Source: Terriglobia bacterium
GTDB lineage: Bacteria; Acidobacteriota; Terriglobia; 2-12-FULL-54-10
Direction: 5' to 3'
DNA length: 64,000 nt
Assembly: GCA_963666975.2 (NCBI GenBank)
Contig: CAXVYR010000004.1
Location: forward strand, 416,001 to 480,000
The position numbers were made by a program, and so were the translations under genes. Below, one piece after another: positions 58,596 through 64,000 of this stretch. The notes under the pieces were generated by a model. That model was not told the DNA's origin and searched no databases. It was given only the letters and a program-made list of their open reading frames with translations. Every line of letters begins with the position of its first letter. Positions within the stretch are counted from its first letter, which is position 1.

Positions 58596-60379
58596 CTAAT
58601 TTTTAGTTGCCAGCTTGTTAGAAATACTCTCAGCGTACCCGGCTAATTCCTCGCTGAGAATTCCCGTAGGGTCGCCGACGAGTTGCTTGTGCCGGGTTCC
58701 AGGGTCTTCGACATCGCTTGACGATCGAAAAACATTATCGATCATTTTGCACTCACGGAACATGAACAGGAACAGTTCCACCGCATCGGGATCAAATTGC
58801 GTGCCGGAGCCGCTTTGCAGCAACTCCGAAGCCTCCTTCCAGGACATCGCTTTGCGGTATGCGCGGTCGCTGGTCAGCGCGTCGTAGACGTCCGCAACAT
58901 GAACGATGCGGACTCCGAGAGGAACTTCCTCCCCTTTGAGTCCGTAGGGATATCCGCTGCCGTCGTGGTTCTCGTGGTGCAATTCCACGATGGGCAGGTA
59001 CTGCTGGAACCTCCCCACCTTCTCCAAGATTTTTCTGCCGATCTGCGGGTGCTGTTTGATCAAAGCAAGCTCTTCGTCGCTCAGCCGCCCGGGTTTCTGG
59101 AGTATGTCATCCGAAATACCGATTTTGCCGATGTCGTGGAGTTTGGCGCCGATCCGAATGATTTCAATTTGATCGGGTGGAAGCCCCATCGCATTGGCTA
59201 TCGCCGACGAGTTCGCGCTGACGCGGTTACTGTGGCCAGCCGTATAGGGGTCCCTCGCGTCCAAAGCCTGTGCCATGGTCTCGATGAATTCCAAGGTGGC
59301 CTCGTCCAATTTCTCTTGCGACTCCCGCACGGCCCCGGCGGCGCGGTTGAACGCTCGGGCGAGCACATTCACTTCTGTAGCCGGCGACCTGGTGGTGAGA
59401 TTCGAATTCAGCCGTCCCGCCCGCTCGCTGGCCCTCAAACGCTCGACCAAGTCGGTGAGAGGCTTGGAAATGGAACGGGAGCCCATCTTGGAAAACAGCA
59501 GCACAACCAGCACGCCGCCCAGCCCAATCCATAAAAAAACCATCTGGAAACCGCTGGTGAATTCACTCTTGGCTGCATCGATGGACTGGAAGCTGAGAAG
59601 CTGGTACGCTCCCTCCCAGTTTGACAGATTCACCGGGAGAGCCAGGTAAGTCTCTCCGCCGATCTTTATCTCGCATTCGTCCTCGTTCCGGGCGCATTGG
59701 GTTTGGAGTTCGCGCTCAACTTCCTCAACCATCCCAGCCGGGAAGGTGCCGAGCAGGACTTTGTGGTCGCCAACTAAAGCTACTTCTCCCAGGTGACTCA
59801 AAGCGCTGAGGTCAAATTTCCTTCCCGCCATCAGGCTGCCCAGCTTTTCCGCGCCCAGACCAGACCGACCGGCACGGTCGTGGTCTCGTAAGGTGTTCCC
59901 TGCACATTGATGAAAGGAGAAGAGTCAAGCGCAACTGAAAGGGCATCAAAAGAAACTTTCCATTCATCTTGCCTTCCATCTTGCGCCACGATTCCTCCAA
60001 TCGGAGCGCCTTGCGAATCGGCGGCCAGAAGAAAGTCGTAATCGAGATGCCTGCCCAGTTCGCGCAATTGATCTTCAATGGCCTGTCGGATTTGTGACTG
60101 GGATGTTGGATCGGAGGCAGCATTCTGAAAGCGGCTGAGTTGCTCTTGCAGCTCCGCGCTTTCACTCACGATGGCAAGCTGCTGGCGATTGAGCCGGTCA
60201 TAGACAGCTCTTGTCTTGACTAAAGATATTTCAGTCCGACGCAGGGATTCGCTGAGGTCTTTTTTGATCTTCCCCTGGATTGCCGCGTTGATTGCGAAGA
60301 AGCTCACGACCGCTACCAAACACATGGGAATGCAGGCAAATAAAAATGCTCGTGCTGTCAGGGAAAGTTTTGGTTTCAT
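58596..60379 (-). pseudogene. Membrane HAMP + HD-GYP c-di-GMP phosphodiesterase, split by a frameshift at ~59856-59865
   Basis: YTAGHS, LHDIGK, HHENHDGSGYP, ADVYDAL; removing one GTCTG copy fuses the two ORFs. Confidence 0.85.
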
Positions 60380-60788
60380 CGGACTGATCTCTCTCCGGGG
60401 CGGGGATAAAAGAAAACTCGGACACTGCACTCGGCCATGTGAAAGGGCCCTGGCAGTATTCCAAAGAGCAGCTTATCCACGCGGTTCATCCTTTTCCTTT
60501 CAAGATTTCGGAGGCTGGCATAGCCGCACATGAGTACTATCGGTCTTGTGGGGTCTGGAGTCAATGAGCGAAAGGGCTCAATTCCACCAGGACCATGCTA
60601 CTATTTAGCATTACCACCTAACCAACTGTAAATAAATAGGTTAACAACCTATGTAGCATAGGGTGACTCCGGCAGGAAAGGGTCAAGAAGCCGCTCTCTC
60701 CCGGCTCTTCGCAGACGTATCTCCGCCAGCACGACCAGCAAGAAGATGACGCTGCTGCATGTGGTTACAATAGGCGGTTTGCAATAGA

Positions 60789-61279
60789 ATGAACTGCGTG
60801 TCGTTCCTGAAATACCTGCTGCTCATCGCGGCCATTGCATTTTTTCTGAACGTGGTCTGGGAAAATGCCCAAACCCCGCTCTTTGCAAGCAGCCATTCCA
60901 TCCCGCGGCATATTTTCATCTATACGATGGCCTCCGTCATGGACGCTCTCTACACCGTTGGTCTCTTTCTCGGCATGGCGATTCTTTGGAGAAATCGCCG
61001 CTGGACGGAAACGCTTCGCCCGTCACACACCACGTTTGTCTTGCTTGCGGGCTTCGCCACTGCCAAACCCTCGCCGAGCATATTTTCATCTATACGATGG
61101 GTTGGGCCACTGCCACCCTCGCCGAGGGTTGGGCGATCCACACCTCCCGATGGCACTACAGCTCGTGGATGCCGCTGATCCCGCAGTTGGATGTCGGAGT
61201 TTTCCCTGTCCTTCAGCTCATGGTTTTGCCGCTCGCCACGTTTCACATCGCACGGCGAATTGCCGGGAAATCGCGATAG
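60789..61279 (+). pseudogene. Small multi-TM protein, frameshifted by a local duplication
   Basis: LNVVWENAQTPLF N-terminus; C-terminus WHYSSWMP..VGVFPVLQL is in another frame. Confidence 0.6.
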
Positions 61280-61388
61280 CAGAACCGTATCCTCCCACAC
61301 GGTGCGATGCCGGTGTCTTCTGTAACGGGGAATGTTATACAATCGGACTTTCGCTAAAAGTTGGCGGCATATAATCTGGATGCGCGCA

Positions 61389-62213
61389 ATGAGTGGGTCC
61401 ACCCCAGCAGTCCCGGCGGGAATATCAAAGGAGAAAGCTGCGAACCATATTCCGGTGCCGCGCTGCGTCCTGATTCCTTCCGGTGAATTCTGGATGGGGA
61501 CGGACGAGGGAAAGCAAGAGGGCCAGGGCAGTGCCGGGCAGGACGAGGAACGTCCGCTTCATCGAGTCTGGGTAGACGCCTTCGAGATGGCGGTCTTTCA
61601 GGTGCGGAACCGTGACTTCAAGTTGTTCCTCGATGCCACCGGCCACCCTGCCCCGCCGCATTGGGACGATCCGGCTTTTAACGATCCCGAACAGCCGGTT
61701 GTCGCGGTAAGCTGGTTCGAGGCCGCACAGTATTGTGAATGGCTCAGCCAGCAGACCGGCTCCCGGTACCGCCTGCCCACCGAAGCCGAATGGGAGCGGG
61801 CGGCGCGCGGTGACCGCGAAGACTCGCGTTACCCGTGGGGCAATGAGCCGCCGCAGCAGTGGCCGGAGCACGTTCGCCGCTGGACGGGCAAGGTAACGGG
61901 TCCGCTGCGCGCCGGCGAGGGGACGCCGAACCCGTTCGGCGTATATGACATCGGCGAGAACGTCCACGAATGGTGCGCCGACTGGTTCGACAAGAACTAC
62001 TATGCGCGGTCTCCCGAGCGCAACCCGCAGGGGCCGTCCACCGGCGTGCGGCGCGCCTCCCGCGGCGGTTCCTGGCGGCATCAGATCAAGGCAACCCGTT
62101 GCGCCGCCCGCTCCAGCATCCCCCCGGCCTTCCAATACGCGGACTACGGTTTTCGCGTGGTGCGCGAGGCTGGTGAAGCGCCTGCCTGCTCCGCCGGAAC
62201 GGGCTCTGCATAG
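61389..62213 (+). CDS. Formylglycine-generating enzyme family protein
   Basis: PVVAVSW, RLPTEAEWERAARG, NVHEWCADW, RGGSW, YGFR. Confidence 0.92.
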   Translation: MSGSTPAVPAGISKEKAANHIPVPRCVLIPSGEFWMGTDEGKQEGQGSAGQDEERPLHRVWVDAFEMAVFQVRNRDFKLFLDATGHPAPPHWDDPAFNDPEQPVVAVSWFEAAQYCEWLSQQTGSRYRLPTEAEWERAARGDREDSRYPWGNEPPQQWPEHVRRWTGKVTGPLRAGEGTPNPFGVYDIGENVHEWCADWFDKNYYARSPERNPQGPSTGVRRASRGGSWRHQIKATRCAARSSIPPAFQYADYGFRVVREAGEAPACSAGTGSA

Positions 62214-62255
62214 GCTTCCTCTCGCGGGAGGACTGACAATGTGTGAGGAAAGCAA

Positions 62256-62861
62256 ATGAGTGCTGCGCCTGCTGCCTCGGTGCAAAATTTCTTCAAGTCC
62301 CTGCTCACGCCCTGGAGGATTGCAGCCATCCTGATCGGCATTTTCCTTCTGGGGCAGGGCTACTTGGCCTGGCGGAACCTCGCCTTTGAAACGGCGCTGG
62401 AAAGCCACGCTCCGTTTGCGACGCCGGTGTTCGAGCTGGAATTCTCCCGGCACTTTCCCTACGATCCGCTTTCGTTTATCGGCAGAGGCGCGCGCGCCGG
62501 TCTCTGGGAATGGAGCCCCGAAGGGCTGAACCTAACGGAGGAAGGAAACACGTTCTTTCAGGAGTTTGGCGAGCGATTCGTTTCACAGGCCGCAGCGGGC
62601 CAGCGGCGCATCAGCCGGTTCCGCACCAACCGCGAGGTGCGGGAGGGAGTGCGTCACATCGATTTTCTCTACGAGTGGATCGAGGTCTCGCTTCCGGCGG
62701 CGGCGCTGGTGGTCCCCCCTCCGCGCGAGGAGGAGGTGTACCTGGGCCGGGCGGTACTGGTTCTCGAGGGAGGCCAATGGAAAGTGGCGTCCTTCCAGAC
62801 GCTCGATTTTGAGGAGCCGATGGCCCATCTGCAAGAAGTAGCCACCGGAGTGTTGCAGTGA
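62256..62861 (+). CDS. Hypothetical membrane-anchored protein
   Basis: GAGG RBS; N-terminal TM segment. Confidence 0.65.
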   Translation: MSAAPAASVQNFFKSLLTPWRIAAILIGIFLLGQGYLAWRNLAFETALESHAPFATPVFELEFSRHFPYDPLSFIGRGARAGLWEWSPEGLNLTEEGNTFFQEFGERFVSQAAAGQRRISRFRTNREVREGVRHIDFLYEWIEVSLPAAALVVPPPREEEVYLGRAVLVLEGGQWKVASFQTLDFEEPMAHLQEVATGVLQ

Positions 62862-62931
62862 CCATTCCTGAACTTTCTCCGAGGGGAAAAGCCTCTACAG
62901 TGCGTAAGCGCAACATGCCGGGAATGGGCGC

Positions 62932-63124
62932 TAGAGCGTTTTCACAGTTGCTGTAAACCACAACGCGTTGTCATTCCGAGCGCAGCGAGGAATCTGCTTT
63001 TCCGCCGGGATAGGACCAATCCCCACGTACAAAAGCAGATTCCTCGCTTCGCTCAGGATGACAGCCCAAGAGGATGCCGGGTCCCGATGGCGGAGCGGTC
63101 TACACCATTTGCGAAAACGCTATA
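62932..63124. mobile_element. MITE-like element enclosing a GTCATTCCGAGC-type REP pair
   Basis: TAGAGCGTTTTCACAGTTGCTGTAAAC / GTCTACACCATTTGCGAAAACGCTATA ends; inner inverted pair 62969-63001 and 63031-63063. Confidence 0.8.
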
Positions 63125-63165
63125 GACTAAAAATCTAACCTCACATCATTCTTTCGCTATCGAAA

Positions 63166-64000
63166 ATGCTTCCATCCGCGCAGACAAAGGCCGCCGTGCG
63201 ACAACTGGCGCAGGATCGCACCGCAGGCAGCGGCGAGCTGGCTCTTCAGGCTTGCGGCATTTTGGAACGGTGTGACGCAGGCCGCTCCCAATCCGCCAAA
63301 GGCGCCGGCGAAACTCGCGGGCAATACAGTGAACTGGCCCGAGCCGTGGCTAAAGCGCAACCCTCCATGGCGGCTGTGCTGAATGTTTCTAATCGATGGC
63401 TGCGCGCCGTGGAACAAGGCGCTTCGCCTGCGGCCTCCGCGCGGAGACTCGCGCGGGAGTTGCGGCGGGCCCAAAAGGCTGCTGCCATGCGGGCGGCGCG
63501 GTTGGTGGCTGACGGCACAACGGTTGCCACCTATTCTTTCAGCTCCACGGTGCTGGCGGCGCTGCTGGAGTCCCGGAGAGCAGGCCGCCGCTTTCGCGTG
63601 CTGTGCTCCGAATCCAGGCCACGCAGGGAGGGCTGCCAACTGGCCGTGCGGCTGGCCAAAGCAGGCGTGCCGGTGGAGCTTTTTACCGATGTGGGATTAT
63701 TTTCGATTCTGGCGGGTGCGGATATTGTGCCAGACGCAATCATAGTCGGTTGCGACGCGATCCTTCCGGGATGCTTTGTCAACAAGGCCGGTACCGGCGC
63801 GTTGCTTGCGGCGGCTCGTCGTTTCCACATTCCTTTCTATGTGGTCGCGGACTCGTTCAAATTTCTACCCAAGGGATTGTCGTCGTGGTTCCGCATCCGC
63901 CGGCAAAACCCGTCAGAGATTTGGAGAGCGCCCCAGAGAATGCCAAGGCAAAATATCACCGTCCGCAATTTCTATTTTGAAAAGGTTCCTTTGCGAGGTT
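63166..64000 (+). CDS. eIF-2B/ribose-1,5-bisphosphate isomerase family protein (runs off the window end)
   Basis: Manual translation: DRTAGSGEL, QPSMAAV, TYSFSSTV, ESRPRREG, IVGCDA, NKAGT, RNFYFE. Not in the ORF track. Confidence 0.88.
   Translation, partial: MLPSAQTKAAVRQLAQDRTAGSGELALQACGILERCDAGRSQSAKGAGETRGQYSELARAVAKAQPSMAAVLNVSNRWLRAVEQGASPAASARRLARELRRAQKAAAMRAARLVADGTTVATYSFSSTVLAALLESRRAGRRFRVLCSESRPRREGCQLAVRLAKAGVPVELFTDVGLFSILAGADIVPDAIIVGCDAILPGCFVNKAGTGALLAAARRFHIPFYVVADSFKFLPKGLSSWFRIRRQNPSEIWRAPQRMPRQNITVRNFYFEKVPLRG

Noticed and set aside
60380-60690. c-di-GMP riboswitch upstream of the HD-GYP gene
   Set aside because: GEMM-type motifs (GGCAAAC..GAAA..GACGCAAA) not found; an Infernal/Rfam scan would settle it

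Overview
Chromosomal window from a GC-rich Gram-negative bacterium, probably Acidobacteriota (inferred from gene families, not proven). Left arm (1-18.9 kb): purH, a UGA-containing (selenocysteine) peroxiredoxin-like/DsbD-N fusion with a SECIS-like hairpin, a TetR-thioredoxin-MDR-MOSC redox cluster, mutY, and an ispH-hpnCDE cluster. In that cluster shc, hpnA and hpnG are collapsed into one ~520 bp three-way chimera. ctpA and tRNA-Gly/tRNA-Cys follow. From tRNA-Cys to ~48.6 kb lies a ~30 kb accessory island. It starts with a capsid-less, satellite-like module (integrase, repressor, two xis-like genes, P-loop Rep, GTGAC iterons interrupted by IS256). Then come defence genes (AbiEi/AbiEii, HNH, OLD-family ATPase-TOPRIM with an internal TAG), cargo (secreted amidohydrolases, OmpA, PilZ proteins, MFS), repeated non-coding motifs, IS3 elements and gene debris. 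Right arm: MFS, aroA, tRNA-Leu, gmhA/hldE, a frameshifted HD-GYP gene, an FGE-family gene and an eIF-2B-like gene. A MITE-like terminal-repeat family wraps two different REP-like palindromes (8.2 kb and 63 kb) and has a solo end at 58 kb. Several frameshifts and short displaced duplications may be long-read consensus artefacts, so single-base claims need read-level checks. All calls come from reading the sequence and recalled family motifs; no database searches were run.
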